A stretch of DNA of 64,000 bases from Chitinophagales bacterium (GCA_023957245.1 JAMLHJ010000004.1:78970-142969), one strand, 5' to 3'; positions 18,134 through 30,220 are shown, numbered from the stretch's first letter. The notes: generated by a model not told the origin, from the letters alone. Made by a program: numbers and translations.

Positions 18134-20110
18134 ATGGCTATAAATTCAAAAATTCCTGATGGTGCTGTTGAAAGCAAATGGGAAGACTATAAATCACATG
18201 TCAAATTGGTAAATCCGGCTAATAAAAGAAGCCTTGAAATTATTGTGATTGGAACAGGATTGGCAGGAGCATCTGCTGCCGCTACTCTTGGAGAGCTAGG
18301 ATATAAAGTGAAAGCTTTTTGTTTTCAAGACTCACCAAGGAGAGCACACTCGATAGCAGCTCAAGGGGGTATCAATGCTGCAAAAAATTATCAAAATGAT
18401 GGAGACTCTACATACAGATTGTTTTATGATACTGTAAAAGGTGGAGACTATCGTTCTCGTGAAGCCAATGTTTATAGGTTGGCTGAAGTAAGTGCGAATA
18501 TTATTGACCAATGTGTGGCTCAAGGTGTTCCATTTGCTCGTGAGTATGGAGGAATGTTGTCCAATAGATCTTTTGGTGGTGTTCAAGTTCAAAGAACTTT
18601 TTATGCTGCTGGTCAGACAGGACAGCAATTGTTGTTAGGTGCATACTCTGCTTTGGAAAGACAAGTAGCACTAGGTACAGTGAGAATGTATTCTCGTCAT
18701 GAGATGCTTGAAATAGTAAAAATTGATGGTAAAGCTCGTGGTATTATCGCAAGAAATTTGATTACTGGTGAGTTAGAAAGACATTTTGGACATGCTGTTT
18801 TATTATGTTCTGGTGGATACGGCAACGTATTCTTTCTTTCTACCAACGCAATGGGGTCAAATGTTACTGCTGCATGGAAAGCTCATAAACAAGGTGCATT
18901 TTTTGCCAATCCTTGTTATACTCAGATACACCCAACATGTATTCCAGTTTCGGGTGACCACCAATCTAAATTGACTTTGATGTCAGAGTCATTGAGAAAT
19001 GACGGTAGAATTTGGGTACCGAAGAAACAAAATGACACTCGTAAGCCTAATGATATTCCTCAAGAAGAGAGAGATTATTACTTAGAGCGTAGATATCCTG
19101 CATTTGGTAACTTGGTACCTCGTGACGTGGCATCAAGAGCTGCTAAAGAAAGATGTGATGCTGGTTATGGTGTAGGTTCATCAAAACAAGCTGTTTATTT
19201 GGATTATGCTTCTGCAATTGAAAGATATGGTCACATAGAAGCTAATAAACATGGTATCGGAAATGCAAGTCATGATGAGATTGTTCGTCTAGGTAAAGAA
19301 GTTGTAAAAGAAAAATATGGTAACCTCTTCGATATGTACGAAAAAATCACAGGAGAGAATCCATATAATGTTCCAATGAGAATTTATCCAGCTGTCCACT
19401 ATACAATGGGAGGACTATGGGTCGATTATGAATTGATGACATCAGTTCCTGGTTTATATGCATTAGGTGAAGCCAATTTTTCTGACCATGGTGCTAACCG
19501 CTTAGGTGCATCAGCTTTAATGCAAGGATTAGCAGATGGATATTTTGTAATTCCTTATACTATTGGTAATTATCTAGCTGACGAGATTAGAACTAAAGCA
19601 ATTCCTACAGACCACCAAGCATTTGTTGATGCTGAAAATTCAGTAAGAAATAGACTTGAAACTTTGATGAATATTAAAGGAACAAAATCTGTTGACCATT
19701 TCCATAAAGCATTGGGTAAAATCATGTGGGATAAATGTGGTATGGCGAGAAATGCAGAAGGTCTTCAAAGTGCTATCGTTGAAATCAGAGCATTGAGAGA
19801 AGAGTTTTGGAAAGGAGTGAGAATCCCAGGTGAATTGAATGAATTTAATCCTGAGTTGGAAAAAGCTGGACGTGTAGCAGACTTCTTAGAATTAGGAGAA
19901 TTAATGTGTAACGATGCTTTGAATAGAAATGAAAGTTGTGGTGGACACTTCCGTGAAGAATCTCAAACAGAGGAAGGTGAAGCTCTTCGTAGAGATGAAG
20001 AATTCTCTTATGTGGCTGCATGGGAATTTAAAGATGGTAAATCTTGGGAACTTCATAAAGAGCACTTGACTTTTGAAAGTGTCAAATTAGCTCAACGTTC
20101 ATATAAATAA
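18134..20110 (+). CDS. sdhA: succinate dehydrogenase / fumarate reductase flavoprotein subunit
   Basis: 658 aa with FAD-binding [21 protein letters not shown] and HYTMGG motifs. Confidence 0.95.
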   Translation: MAINSKIPDGAVESKWEDYKSHVKLVNPANKRSLEIIVIGTGLAGASAAATLGELGYKVKAFCFQDSPRRAHSIAAQGGINAAKNYQNDGDSTYRLFYDTVKGGDYRSREANVYRLAEVSANIIDQCVAQGVPFAREYGGMLSNRSFGGVQVQRTFYAAGQTGQQLLLGAYSALERQVALGTVRMYSRHEMLEIVKIDGKARGIIARNLITGELERHFGHAVLLCSGGYGNVFFLSTNAMGSNVTAAWKAHKQGAFFANPCYTQIHPTCIPVSGDHQSKLTLMSESLRNDGRIWVPKKQNDTRKPNDIPQEERDYYLERRYPAFGNLVPRDVASRAAKERCDAGYGVGSSKQAVYLDYASAIERYGHIEANKHGIGNASHDEIVRLGKEVVKEKYGNLFDMYEKITGENPYNVPMRIYPAVHYTMGGLWVDYELMTSVPGLYALGEANFSDHGANRLGASALMQGLADGYFVIPYTIGNYLADEIRTKAIPTDHQAFVDAENSVRNRLETLMNIKGTKSVDHFHKALGKIMWDKCGMARNAEGLQSAIVEIRALREEFWKGVRIPGELNEFNPELEKAGRVADFLELGELMCNDALNRNESCGGHFREESQTEEGEALRRDEEFSYVAAWEFKDGKSWELHKEHLTFESVKLAQRSYK

Positions 20111-20134
20111 TTATAATAAACAAAAGATAATCAA

Positions 20135-20899
20135 ATGGAACATAAAGATTTATCTCTTAAACTAAAAGTTTGGAGACAAAAAAACTCAAAAGATAATGGA
20201 CATTTTGAATCTTATGATGTAAAAGGCATCTCTACTGAAATGTCTTTTCTAGAGATGTTTGACGTCTTGAATGAAAGACTCATCAATGAAGGACAAGAAC
20301 CTATTGCTTTTGATCATGACTGTCGTGAAGGTATCTGCGGTATGTGCTCTATGTATATCAATGGTCGTCCACATGGCCCTTGGCATGGAACTACTACTTG
20401 TCAGTTGCACATGAGAGCTTTTAAAGATGGTGATACTATTGTTGTTGAACCATGGAGAGCTGGAGCTTTCCCTGTTATTAAAGATTTAACTGTAGATAGA
20501 TCTGCATTGGATAGAATTATTCAGTCGGGTGGATATATCTCTGTAAACACAGGAAATGCTCAAGATGCCAACTCTTTACCAATACCAAAACAAGATGCAG
20601 ATAAATCATTTGCTGCAGCTACTTGTATCGGTTGTGGAGCGTGTGTTGCAGCATGTAAAAACTCGTCAGCGATGTTATTCTTGTCAGCTAAAGTTGCACA
20701 ATTTGCATATTTGCCACAAGGACAAGCTGAAAGAGAAACTCGTGTTATTGACATGGTAGAGCAAATGGATAAAGAAGGATTTGGTAGTTGTACAAATACA
20801 GGTGCATGTGAAGCTGAATGTCCTAAAGAAATCTCTATTTCAAATATAGCTGCATTGAATAAAGATTATACTTTGGCTAAACTTAAAGCTGAAAATTAA
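20135..20899 (+). CDS. sdhB: succinate dehydrogenase / fumarate reductase iron-sulfur subunit
   Basis: 254 aa with 2Fe-2S (CREGICGMC) and 4Fe-4S/3Fe-4S ([23 protein letters not shown]) cysteine clusters. Confidence 0.95.
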   Translation: MEHKDLSLKLKVWRQKNSKDNGHFESYDVKGISTEMSFLEMFDVLNERLINEGQEPIAFDHDCREGICGMCSMYINGRPHGPWHGTTTCQLHMRAFKDGDTIVVEPWRAGAFPVIKDLTVDRSALDRIIQSGGYISVNTGNAQDANSLPIPKQDADKSFAAATCIGCGACVAACKNSSAMLFLSAKVAQFAYLPQGQAERETRVIDMVEQMDKEGFGSCTNTGACEAECPKEISISNIAALNKDYTLAKLKAEN

Positions 20900-20921
20900 G
20901 ATATTTCAATTCAGAGTTATA

Positions 20922-20956
20922 GAGAGCTATTCATTTTGGATAGCTCTCGGTTTTTT
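20922..20956 (+). terminator. intrinsic terminator after sdhB
   Basis: GAGAGCTAT / ATAGCTCTC stem, followed by GGTTTTTT. It lies inside the TTG-extended 5' end of the next track ORF. Confidence 0.7.
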
Positions 20957-20998
20957 ATACCTTTAGGTAAATTCTTAGACACATTATATACTATCTCA

Positions 20999-21643
20999 AT
21001 GGAGTTTGTTGAAACTATCTTATATCAAAATGGTAAAATTGATTTGATAGATTTTCATATAAATCGTTTAAAATGGGGATTGTATCAAAATGGTTTTTCT
21101 TCTATAAATCATATCTTAGAACAGAGCCGCTCAGTGATTCTCAATAGTGTAAAGGATGAAAAAAGCTGTATAAAAATTAGATTTTTATTAGATATTCAAT
21201 CTGATGGTTTGTTTTCAACAAGCATTGAACTTTCTTCTTTCCCCAAACAATATTTTAAAATATATCAATTAGGTGCTTTTCCCTCAGAATATAAAAGTAT
21301 AGGCAGTCCTTGGAATGCGAAGACTACAAATAGATTTTTTTTTCAGAGAGCCTATAACTGGGCGATAGAGAATGGTTGTGATGATGCAATTGTATTCAAT
21401 GAGAAAGGAAGAGTCATTGAAACGACAATTTTTAATATTTATATTTTAAAAGATAATGTTATTTACACACCACCTTTGAAAGATATGCCAGTAAAGGGAG
21501 TTTATCGTTCTTGGTTGATGGCAAATTCAATTTTCCCGATGATAGAAAAAGAGATTTTTCTTCAAGACTTGTATGAAGCAGAGATGATATTGCTTTCTAA
21601 TGGATTGCGAGGTTTACAAGTAGGGCAGATTAAACATTTTTAA
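20999..21643 (+). CDS. class IV aminotransferase-fold protein (aminodeoxychorismate lyase-like)
   Basis: The track ORF begins at TTG 20936 inside the sdhB terminator, so the first ATG at 20999 (MEFVETILYQNG) is preferred. The size and the C-terminal LLSNGLRG motif fit the PabC/class-IV fold. Confidence 0.6.
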   Translation: MEFVETILYQNGKIDLIDFHINRLKWGLYQNGFSSINHILEQSRSVILNSVKDEKSCIKIRFLLDIQSDGLFSTSIELSSFPKQYFKIYQLGAFPSEYKSIGSPWNAKTTNRFFFQRAYNWAIENGCDDAIVFNEKGRVIETTIFNIYILKDNVIYTPPLKDMPVKGVYRSWLMANSIFPMIEKEIFLQDLYEAEMILLSNGLRGLQVGQIKHF

Positions 21644-21699
21644 TACATTAACAAGTTGTAAAATTCTTTTTTCAAATAAAACTTAGTGACAGATTTTGC

Positions 21700-21707
21700 T
21701 ATCTTTG
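21700..21707 (+). promoter_or_regulatory. -7 promoter box (TATCTTTG) for queA
   Basis: Exact TAnnTTTG, 29 nt upstream of the queA ATG. Confidence 0.5.
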
Positions 21708-21735
21708 CACCCACACAATTTAATCCTGTAAGATT

Positions 21736-22782
21736 ATGAAATTATCTCAATTTGATTTTGACCTTCCTAAAGAACGTATTGCACTTTATCCTTCAGAAAC
21801 TAGAGATGAAGCAAGATTGATGGTTCTTAATAGAAAAGAAGGAACTATTGAACACAAAATTTTTAAAGACGTATTGAACTATTTTGACGAAGGAGATGTC
21901 ATGATGGTAAACAATACAAAAGTTTTCCCAGCAAGATTGTATGGTACTAAAGAAAAAACAGGTGCTAAAATCGAAGTTTTTCTTTTAAGAGAATTGAACC
22001 ATGATTTGAGACTTTGGGATGTATTGGTAGATCCTGCTCGTAAAATTCGTGTAGGAAATAAATTGTATTTTGGTGATGACGATTTAGTTGCAGAAGTTGT
22101 TGATAATACGACATCTAGAGGAAGAACTATTCGTTTCTTATTTGATAAATCTGAAGAAGAATTTAGAGCAATATTGGATAAATTGGGATTGACTCCATTG
22201 CCTAAATATATCAAACGTGAGCCAGAATTAATTGATAAAGAAAGATATCAGACTATCTATGCTAAAGAAGAAGGTGCAGTAGCTGCTCCGACTGCTGGAC
22301 TTCATTTTTCTAGAGAATTAATGAAAAGATTAGAGCTGAAGGGAGTGGACTTTGCTGAATTGACTTTACATATTGGTTTGGGTACTTTTAGATCTATTGA
22401 TGTAGAAGATTTGTCTAAGCACAAAATGGATGCTGAATATTTCAAAATCAATCAACATGCAGTAGATGTAGTGAATAATGCATTATTGAATAAAAAGCGA
22501 ATTTGTGCAGTAGGTACAACTGTGATGAGAACTGTTGAAACTGCTGTTTCAGCTGAGAATACATTGAAATTAATGGAGGGATGGACCAATACATTTATTC
22601 ATCCGCCTTATGATTTTGCAATTGCTAATTCAATGATTACTAATTTCCATTTACCAAAGTCTAGTTTAATTATTTTGGTAGCAGCATTTGCTGGTTATGA
22701 TTTGACAATGGAAGCTTATAGTCAAGCAATTAAAGAAGAATATAATTTTTATTCTTATGGTGATGCAATGTTGATTATATAA
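21736..22782 (+). CDS. queA: S-adenosylmethionine:tRNA ribosyltransferase-isomerase
   Basis: 348 aa with [17 protein letters not shown]-terminus, AAPTAGLHF and VGTTVMRT motifs. Confidence 0.95.
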   Translation: MKLSQFDFDLPKERIALYPSETRDEARLMVLNRKEGTIEHKIFKDVLNYFDEGDVMMVNNTKVFPARLYGTKEKTGAKIEVFLLRELNHDLRLWDVLVDPARKIRVGNKLYFGDDDLVAEVVDNTTSRGRTIRFLFDKSEEEFRAILDKLGLTPLPKYIKREPELIDKERYQTIYAKEEGAVAAPTAGLHFSRELMKRLELKGVDFAELTLHIGLGTFRSIDVEDLSKHKMDAEYFKINQHAVDVVNNALLNKKRICAVGTTVMRTVETAVSAENTLKLMEGWTNTFIHPPYDFAIANSMITNFHLPKSSLIILVAAFAGYDLTMEAYSQAIKEEYNFYSYGDAMLII

Positions 22783-22804
22783 TCTGATTTTTATAATAAT
22801 ATAT

Positions 22805-22837
22805 AGAGCTGTTTTTTGATGAAGACAGCTCTTTTTA
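22805..22837 (+). terminator. intrinsic terminator after queA
   Basis: AGAGCTGT / ACAGCTCT stem, followed by TTTT. Confidence 0.7.
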
Positions 22838-22990
22838 TTTTATAGAAGTAAAGTTAAGTTGGATTTGATATGGTCGTTTTAAATTAATATTTGGTAAACT
22901 GATTCCTTTATTTTTCATCTCCCATCTCACTACTTCTCAATACAATCTTCTATTTCTTACTTTTTAACATAAGCAGCTATTGAAATTGAG

Positions 22991-22998
22991 TATCTTTG
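22991..22998 (+). promoter_or_regulatory. -7 promoter box (TATCTTTG) for the M16 peptidase
   Basis: Exact TAnnTTTG, 23 nt upstream of the ATG at 23021. Confidence 0.5.
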
Positions 22999-23020
22999 GC
23001 ATTCAAAGAAACTTTGTATT

Positions 23021-25867
23021 ATGAAGCAGATTGCAAGAATTGCTTTTTTAAATTTATTAATTTGTTGTTTATTTTATCCGACTATGAAAGCGCAAAGCTT
23101 ACCTCAACCTACTTTAGTTGAAGAATTGAAGAGTACTGACAATTCAGTATTGATTCCATACAAAAAATATAAGTATCCTAATGGATTGACTGTTATTCTA
23201 CATGAAGACCATTCAGACCCAATCGTTTATGTAGATGTAACTTATCATGTTGGTTCTGCTCGTGAAACACCAGGTAGGTCTGGATTTGCTCATTTCTTTG
23301 AGCACATGATGTTTCAAGGTTCGGATAATGTGGGAGATGAAAAACATTTTTCCATAGTGACTGAAGCTGGAGGTACACTTAATGGAACTACCAATAGAGA
23401 CAGAACAAATTATTTTGAGACAATGCCATCTAATTATTTGGAAACAGCATTGTGGTTGGAAGCAGATAGAATGGGCTATTTATTGGATGCTGTAACGACA
23501 AAAAAGTTTGAAATTCAGAGAGCAACTGTCAAAAATGAAAGACAACAAAATTATGATAATCGTCCTTACGGATTAGTGTTTGAGAAGATAGGTGAGGCAT
23601 TATATCCTTTTGGGCATCCTTATTCTTGGACGACAATTGGTTATTTGGATGATATTGATAAGTTTACACTTCCAGAATTGAAAAATTTCTTTTTGAGATG
23701 GTATGGACCCAATAATGCTACATTGACTATAGCTGGAAAATTTGATGAACAAGAAGTTTTACAAATGGTCAGTAAGTACTTTGGGAATATACCTCAAAGT
23801 CCTGCTGTAGAAAATATGCCTAAAATGCCTGTAACTCTGGATGCAGATAGATATATTTCTTATGAGGATAATATTAAATTTCCTTATATTTCATTGACTT
23901 TCCCATCTGCACCTGCAAATACTAAAGATGAGATTGCATTAAATGCATTAGCATATTTATTAGGAGGAAGTAATAATAAAAAATCTCCATTTTATCAAAG
24001 ATTTATTAAGACACAGAAAGCCATGCAGGCTAGTGTCAGCAATCCTTCATCTGAATTGGCAGGACAGTTTTCAATGAGTGTTGTGGCTTATCCTCAGTTT
24101 CAATTGAAAGATATTGAGAAGGAAATTAGAGCGATTATTGATGAGTTTGATATTGCAAATATTGATGAAGCTGAGTTTAACGAATACATAGCTTCTGAGT
24201 ATGCTAGTTTAATTTTTAATTTGCAATCTGTACAAAGAAAAGGTACACTTTTGGCGTATTCTGAAACATTTACTGGCAATCCTGCTTATTTACAGACAGC
24301 GATAGAAATTACCAAGAATCTAAAACTTCAAGATGTTAAAGAAGTATTTGAAAAATACATAAAAGGCAAACACTCGGTAGTATTGAGTGTATATTCTAAA
24401 GATGATTCGTCAAATATTGCTGCCGAGGATAATTTTAAAAGACCTCAGGTTCCAGATGGTTTCCAAGCTGATTTGAGTGAGTATAATGGTCTTACTTATG
24501 TCAAAGGAAAAGATAATTTTGACAGAAGTATTCAGCCTCAATCTAGTGAGAATCCTGTAGTAGAAGTTCCTAAGTTTTGGCATAAAGTATATAAAAATGG
24601 TGCAAAAGTAATAGGTACTTCTTATAATGAACTTCCTATTACTAGTGTTTCTATTGTATTCAAAGCGGGACATTTTATTGAACCTACTTCTAAAGCAGGT
24701 ATTTCTGAAATTCTTGCTTCATTATTGAAGGAAGGCACAAAGCAATATACCTCTGAACAGTTTCAAAGTGAGTTGAAAAAATTAGGAAGTATTTTGGATG
24801 TGTATTCAGACAATACGGATCTTGTTGTAAATATTACTTCACTAAATACCAACTTAGCTAGGACAATAGAATTGGTCAAACAGATGATATTGACTCCTAG
24901 AATGGATACTGCTGAATTTGAGCGTATAAAAATGCAACAACTTCAAGCAATAAAATTTTCTAAAACAAATGCTGGAAGTATAGCAGATATTGTCGAAGCC
25001 CAGCTTTCTTATCCAGAAAATCACATTTTATCTCTTCCTGATATCGGTAATGAATCTACAGTAAACAGTATTACAATAGATGATGTTAAGAGTTTTTATA
25101 ATCAATATATAGCTCCAGATTTCGCTGAATTATACATAGTTGGAGATGTAGATAAAAAGAAGGTAGATCAACAATTTGCTTTCATCAAAGAGATGAAAAA
25201 GAAAGGAATAAAATTACCTGCTTTTACGTCAATTCATTCGCCAGAGCAAACTACAATTGTTTTTGTTCATAAAGACAAGTCTCCTCAATCTCAGATTAAA
25301 GTGGTAGGAAAGGGGCTTAAATATGACGGTCTAGGAGATTATTATAAATCAGGAATTGCCAATTATCCTTTAGGTGGTATGTTTAATAGTCGTATTAATA
25401 TCAATTTGAGAGAGCGTAAGGGCTGGACTTATGGTGCTAGATCTTATTTCTTAGGAAGTGATTTTGTAGATAAATTTATTGTTAGTACAGGTGTTAAAGC
25501 GGCTAATACTGACAGTTCTATTATTGAAATCATGTATGAACTGAATAACTATGTTCAAAATGGTATTACTCCGGAAGAATTGAGCTATGTGAAAAAATCT
25601 ATAGGACAAAAAGATGCGTTAAAATATGAAACAGCAGCGCAAAAGGCTGTATTCTTGGAACGTTTGGTTAGAAATGGATTTGATGGTAAGCTAGTAGATA
25701 AGCAGTTGTCAATTTTGAACCAGCTTACACAAGAGGATGTAAATAAGATTGTCAATAAATATATTCAACCTCAACATCTCAATATTATTGTTGTAGGAGA
25801 TAGAGCAATTATTTATGATGCATTGAAGAAATTGGGTTATCCTGTAATTGAAAAAACAATAGAGTAA
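23021..25867 (+). CDS. M16-family (insulinase/pitrilysin-like) zinc peptidase, two-module
   Basis: 948 aa with signal peptide, inverted zinc motif HFFEHMMFQG and downstream E (NGTTNRDRTNYFE). The duplicated M16 architecture suggests a fused active plus inactive half. Confidence 0.85.
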   Translation: MKQIARIAFLNLLICCLFYPTMKAQSLPQPTLVEELKSTDNSVLIPYKKYKYPNGLTVILHEDHSDPIVYVDVTYHVGSARETPGRSGFAHFFEHMMFQGSDNVGDEKHFSIVTEAGGTLNGTTNRDRTNYFETMPSNYLETALWLEADRMGYLLDAVTTKKFEIQRATVKNERQQNYDNRPYGLVFEKIGEALYPFGHPYSWTTIGYLDDIDKFTLPELKNFFLRWYGPNNATLTIAGKFDEQEVLQMVSKYFGNIPQSPAVENMPKMPVTLDADRYISYEDNIKFPYISLTFPSAPANTKDEIALNALAYLLGGSNNKKSPFYQRFIKTQKAMQASVSNPSSELAGQFSMSVVAYPQFQLKDIEKEIRAIIDEFDIANIDEAEFNEYIASEYASLIFNLQSVQRKGTLLAYSETFTGNPAYLQTAIEITKNLKLQDVKEVFEKYIKGKHSVVLSVYSKDDSSNIAAEDNFKRPQVPDGFQADLSEYNGLTYVKGKDNFDRSIQPQSSENPVVEVPKFWHKVYKNGAKVIGTSYNELPITSVSIVFKAGHFIEPTSKAGISEILASLLKEGTKQYTSEQFQSELKKLGSILDVYSDNTDLVVNITSLNTNLARTIELVKQMILTPRMDTAEFERIKMQQLQAIKFSKTNAGSIADIVEAQLSYPENHILSLPDIGNESTVNSITIDDVKSFYNQYIAPDFAELYIVGDVDKKKVDQQFAFIKEMKKKGIKLPAFTSIHSPEQTTIVFVHKDKSPQSQIKVVGKGLKYDGLGDYYKSGIANYPLGGMFNSRININLRERKGWTYGARSYFLGSDFVDKFIVSTGVKAANTDSSIIEIMYELNNYVQNGITPEELSYVKKSIGQKDALKYETAAQKAVFLERLVRNGFDGKLVDKQLSILNQLTQEDVNKIVNKYIQPQHLNIIVVGDRAIIYDALKKLGYPVIEKTIE

Positions 25868-25921
25868 TTTTGGCATTCATGAAATGTGAATTTTATTAAT
25901 ATTGACTTATCATCTTTTATT

Positions 25922-26314
25922 ATGGCAAAAGTAGTTTCTCACAATACGAAAGAAAATTTTCAGACAGCCCTTAAATCTGGTCAACATACAATTTTAGCAG
26001 ATGAACCTATTGACTTGGGTGGGGAAGATTTAGGAATGAGTCCAGACAGTTTGTTGGCTTCGGCATTGGCTGCATGTACGACTATTACATTACGGATGTA
26101 TATCAATCATAAGAAAATTTTGGCTGAAGATATATCTGTTGAGGTGGATTTGGAGTATGACAAAAATAATCGAATAACCACTTATATACGCAAGATTCAT
26201 GTAGCAGGAGAGTACGATGATGCGATACGTACTAGATTGTTATCAGTGGCTAATGCGTGCCCTGTTCATAAAATGTTGAGTGGTACAGTTGAAATAAAAT
26301 CAGAATTAGTTTAG
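25922..26314 (+). CDS. OsmC-family protein
   Basis: The track ORF starts at GTG 25886; the first ATG at 25922 gives MAKVVSHNT. OsmC/Ohr-type motifs present (SPDSLLASALAACT, ACPVHK). Confidence 0.75.
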   Translation: MAKVVSHNTKENFQTALKSGQHTILADEPIDLGGEDLGMSPDSLLASALAACTTITLRMYINHKKILAEDISVEVDLEYDKNNRITTYIRKIHVAGEYDDAIRTRLLSVANACPVHKMLSGTVEIKSELV

Positions 26315-26736
26315 AATTTCTTTTCTAAAATAATCTGTGCGATAAGTGCCTCTTTAGGAGACATATTCATTTTGCCAAATTTTTTAGGCTTTTTGATAGT
26401 AGTATGAGCTTCTTGTTGAGGTGCTTCAGTTATAGTGGATGCTTGCCCTTCCTCGTAGATAGAAAAAGAGGATATGCTCTCAGGCATAGTGATAGGTTGG
26501 TATTTTATTTTTTCTTTTTTCTTAGTAGTCGGTACGGCAGCTTTAGGTTTCGGCTTTGGAGCTTCCGTTTGTTTAGAAGCTTTTTCTATTTCTGCTAATA
26601 TTTCTTCAAAAATATTTTTTGATTTCTTTTTAGGTTGAGTGACTTCAGGAACATCATCTTGCTTATCCTTCTTAAAGAAGAATTTATAGGCATAATATCC
26701 TACTATTGCCAAGATGTATATGTATTCCAATTTCAA
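26311..26736 (-). CDS. hypothetical membrane-anchored Lys/Pro-rich protein
   Basis: 141 aa with an N-terminal TM helix (YIYILAIVGYYAYKFFF) and a low-complexity KPKPK linker. No recognisable domain. Confidence 0.5.
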   Translation of the reverse strand: MKLEYIYILAIVGYYAYKFFFKKDKQDDVPEVTQPKKKSKNIFEEILAEIEKASKQTEAPKPKPKAAVPTTKKKEKIKYQPITMPESISSFSIYEEGQASTITEAPQQEAHTTIKKPKKFGKMNMSPKEALIAQIILEKKF

Positions 26737-26838
26737 AATCTTAAATTATCTAGTAAAGAAACACATAAAAATAGAATATTGCAAACTAAGCAATGCCTAT
26801 CTTTTGCTTTTGAGAATAGTTTTGCTTGTTATGAATGC

Positions 26839-26872
26839 AAAAAAAGAAGCTGCCTTTTCAGACAGCTTCTTT
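26839..26872 (-). terminator. intrinsic terminator after secDF
   Basis: On the minus strand: AGAAGCTG / CAGCTTCT stem followed by a T7 run. Confidence 0.65.
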
Positions 26873-26895
26873 AAAGTTATTAATTTAAATTTCTT

Positions 26896-29800
26896 TTATT
26901 GATTAGCTTTTTTAGCTTCTCTTTTTTGTCTCCATTGCTCGTATTCATACATGATTGGAGATGCAACAAATACTGAAGAATATGTACCAATAACGACACC
27001 TATCGCCATAGCGAAAGAGAAACTTTTCAAGGTATCTCCGCCGAAGAAGAAGAGGATAATCAATGGTATAATGGTAGTGATACCAGTATTAAATGTTCTT
27101 GCTAATGTACTGTTAATCGCATTATTCATTTGACTAGCAAGTGGTAATTTCTTCTGTTCAGGGATATTAGAGTATTCTCTTAATCTGTCAAAGATAACGA
27201 CAGTATCATTCAATGAATATCCAATAACTGTTAATAATGCTGCAATAAATGTTTGATCTACTTCAAGAGAGAATGGAAGTATGCCGTGAAGTAGTGTATA
27301 GATGGCTAGCAAAATAAAAGCATCGTGAATAGTTGAAGCTATTGCACCAATTGAATAACCAAATGTTCTAAACCTCACTAAGATATAGATGAAAATAGCC
27401 AAGATGGAAAGAATAACAGCCCAAGTTGAACTTTTGATTATATCTACAGAAATGGTTGGGTCCACTTTTTGTTGGCTTAGAAGATTAATTTGTTTGAAAG
27501 CATCATAAGATGTGTTTTCAGGAAGGTATTTTTGTAAACCAAGATATAAAGTACTGTCAGCTAAATGGTCACTTTCTGCACTATTCTTATCAATAAGGAA
27601 AGATGTAGTGACTTTGATTTGATTATCTGAACCAATAGTTTTTACTATAGTACTTCCTTGGAAAGAATTATCTAAGCTTTCTTTGATATTGGCAGTATTT
27701 ACTGCTTGTTCAAATCTTACTTTGTATTGTCTTCCTCCTTTGAAGTCCACACCAGATTCAAAACCTCTTGTGAAGAATGAGATAGCTCCAGCAGAAAGGA
27801 TGACAATCGAAATGATATATTTTAATTTTCTACCTTTTAGGAAGTCAAATTTTGTCTCAGTTAAGAAGTTGTCAAATAATTTATTAGATGCTTTAATGTT
27901 TCTACCTTTTTTAATCCATCTTTCAACAATTAAATTAGAAACCAATACAGCAGTAAATAATGTAGTGATAATACCAATAATTAGAGTTGTAGCAAATCCT
28001 TTGATTGGGCCCATACCTATCAAGAATAGGATGATACCTGTAATCATTGTTGTTACGTTACCATCTATAATCGCAGGCAATGCATGTTTAAATCCAAGTC
28101 CAGCTGCCTTTTCAAATGAATGTCCAAGCTTTAATTCTTCTTTGATTCTTTCATATATCAATACGTTGGCATCTACAGCCATACCCATCGTTAATACGAT
28201 ACCTGCTATACCTGGTAAGGTCAATGTAGAACCTAATATCGCCATTATACCTACAATCAAGAATACGTTGAAGAACAATACTATTGTTGCAGCTATTCCT
28301 AATGTGCTATAATAGAACATCATAAATGCAATAACTAGTATAAATCCTACCAACATTGATAATAGTCCTGCTTTGATAGATTCAGCTCCCAAAGTAGCAC
28401 CCACCATGTCTTCCTCAACAATATTTGCAGAAGCAGGTAATTTACCTATTTTAAGAATATTAGAAAGGTCTGTAGCTTCTTCTTGAGTAAATGCTCCAGA
28501 AATAGATGAACTTCCTCCACTGATTTCTTCATTCACATTTGGTGCAGAATATACCTCATTGTCCACTACGATAGCAATATTTCTACCCACATTGCTTCCT
28601 GTCATTTTTTTCCATTTACTAGCACCTTCATGTGTCATTTTCATAGAAATAGTCACATTTCCGAACTGGTCAAGGTCTGGTTTTGAAGTTTCTACAGCAC
28701 CACCATCAATAAAAGGTTTGTCAGTTCCTGGTCTTTTCTTGATAGCATATAATTCGTAGATATTGTTTTTGTCACCGATAGGTTTTGCTCCCCACATGAA
28801 CTCAATATCCTTAGGAAATTTTGCTTTTACTTCTGCAACATTCAAGTACTGATTGACTAGAGCTGTGTCAATATTTGCTGAACGTCCAATTACTGGAGAT
28901 TCTACATATTGGTTGTTTTGGTCAATAGAAGGATAGAAGATTGAGAATAAAGGGAAATCTTTCTGAGCTTGTTTTTGTTGCTCTGTTTCTGTTAGTTTTT
29001 TGGTAGTATCTTTTGTATTGTCTTCACTTAAGATATCATCTAAAGTAGCAGTTGCACTTGCAGGATTTGTTGAATCTGTAGCATTTGCAACAGTTTTTCC
29101 ACCTTTAGTATAAGATAAGTATAATTTAACAGCATCATTAGCTTCATTGATTGCACCACCTAATTCATTAGCTTTATAGGTTTCCCAAAATTCTAGACTA
29201 GCTGTTGCTTGAAGCATTTTTCTTACACGAGCAGGATTGTCAACACCTCCGATTTCAACTGTAATTCTACCTTTTTTAGGTTCTAAAGTAATATTAGGTT
29301 GCTTTAACCCAAACTGATCCACACGGGCACTGATGATATTATATGTTCTGTGGATTGCGTTTTCAGATTCTTCTCTAATATATTTCAATACATCTTCATC
29401 AGATGAATTTGAATTGAGAATTTGGCTATTTGTACGTGTAGCAAAATAATTTGCCAATTTTGCAGTAGGGTTTTTCTCTTTCAAAGCCTTAGTGAACAAG
29501 GTAATGTAGTCATCTGCACTTTGAGACATTCTAGATTCTGCCAAATCCAAAGCCTCAATAAATACAGGACTAGAATTATTGTCTGAAAGTGACATTAATA
29601 GCTCTTTCACATTCACTTGAAGCACAGCAGACATACCGCCTTGTAAGTCTAGACCCAATGAAAGTTCATTTTCTTTGACTTTTTTAAATGTAGTACCTAA
29701 AAATACTTTCTCAGGAGCTAATGAATCTAAATATCTGTTTTTGTATTCTATTCTTTCTTTGTGAATAGAATCTTTATACAGAAATTGTTGTAGTAAATTA

Positions 29801-29961
29801 TTAGGATATAATGCGTTTGCATCTCCTGATGGTATCTGAGTCTCAGCTATTGCGACTGCTTGTTTCTCAATCTGGTTTGCTTTCCATGTAAAAAGCAATT
29901 GGTAAGTACAGATTGCAATGAGTAATAATGAAACTACTCTGACTAAACCTTTTCCTTGCAT
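26896..29961 (-). CDS. secDF: protein translocase subunit SecDF (fused)
   Basis: 1021 aa with SecD periplasmic domain, a 6-TM block, and then a SecF 6-TM block. Fused form typical of Bacteroidota. Confidence 0.95.
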   Translation of the reverse strand: MQGKGLVRVVSLLLIAICTYQLLFTWKANQIEKQAVAIAETQIPSGDANALYPNNLLQQFLYKDSIHKERIEYKNRYLDSLAPEKVFLGTTFKKVKENELSLGLDLQGGMSAVLQVNVKELLMSLSDNNSSPVFIEALDLAESRMSQSADDYITLFTKALKEKNPTAKLANYFATRTNSQILNSNSSDEDVLKYIREESENAIHRTYNIISARVDQFGLKQPNITLEPKKGRITVEIGGVDNPARVRKMLQATASLEFWETYKANELGGAINEANDAVKLYLSYTKGGKTVANATDSTNPASATATLDDILSEDNTKDTTKKLTETEQQKQAQKDFPLFSIFYPSIDQNNQYVESPVIGRSANIDTALVNQYLNVAEVKAKFPKDIEFMWGAKPIGDKNNIYELYAIKKRPGTDKPFIDGGAVETSKPDLDQFGNVTISMKMTHEGASKWKKMTGSNVGRNIAIVVDNEVYSAPNVNEEISGGSSSISGAFTQEEATDLSNILKIGKLPASANIVEEDMVGATLGAESIKAGLLSMLVGFILVIAFMMFYYSTLGIAATIVLFFNVFLIVGIMAILGSTLTLPGIAGIVLTMGMAVDANVLIYERIKEELKLGHSFEKAAGLGFKHALPAIIDGNVTTMITGIILFLIGMGPIKGFATTLIIGIITTLFTAVLVSNLIVERWIKKGRNIKASNKLFDNFLTETKFDFLKGRKLKYIISIVILSAGAISFFTRGFESGVDFKGGRQYKVRFEQAVNTANIKESLDNSFQGSTIVKTIGSDNQIKVTTSFLIDKNSAESDHLADSTLYLGLQKYLPENTSYDAFKQINLLSQQKVDPTISVDIIKSSTWAVILSILAIFIYILVRFRTFGYSIGAIASTIHDAFILLAIYTLLHGILPFSLEVDQTFIAALLTVIGYSLNDTVVIFDRLREYSNIPEQKKLPLASQMNNAINSTLARTFNTGITTIIPLIILFFFGGDTLKSFSFAMAIGVVIGTYSSVFVASPIMYEYEQWRQKREAKKANQ

Positions 29962-30220
29962 ATATATAAATCAGTTCTTAAAAAAGTTAAGGTGCAAATA
30001 TAAAGTATTTAATAAACAAATGAGAAATTACTATTCAGTCTATTTTATTTAATTTATAAACAAATCACATTTTGTGTAGTTATAGGAGTTTTTGGGGCTG
30101 TTATTTGAAAAAATATAGCGTTTTCAACGATTTTTTATTTTTTCTCTATTGTTGTTAATGTATTTTTAATATTTGAACTATTGTTTGAATGAAAATTAAT
30201 TTTTAAAATTGCACATTATT

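Noticed and set aside
27683-28312. 209-aa plus-strand ORF, plus smaller ones at 26951-27133 and 28559-28759, inside secDF.
   Set aside because: They are antisense to SecDF. The hydrophobic translation is an artefact of reading a membrane-protein gene backwards.
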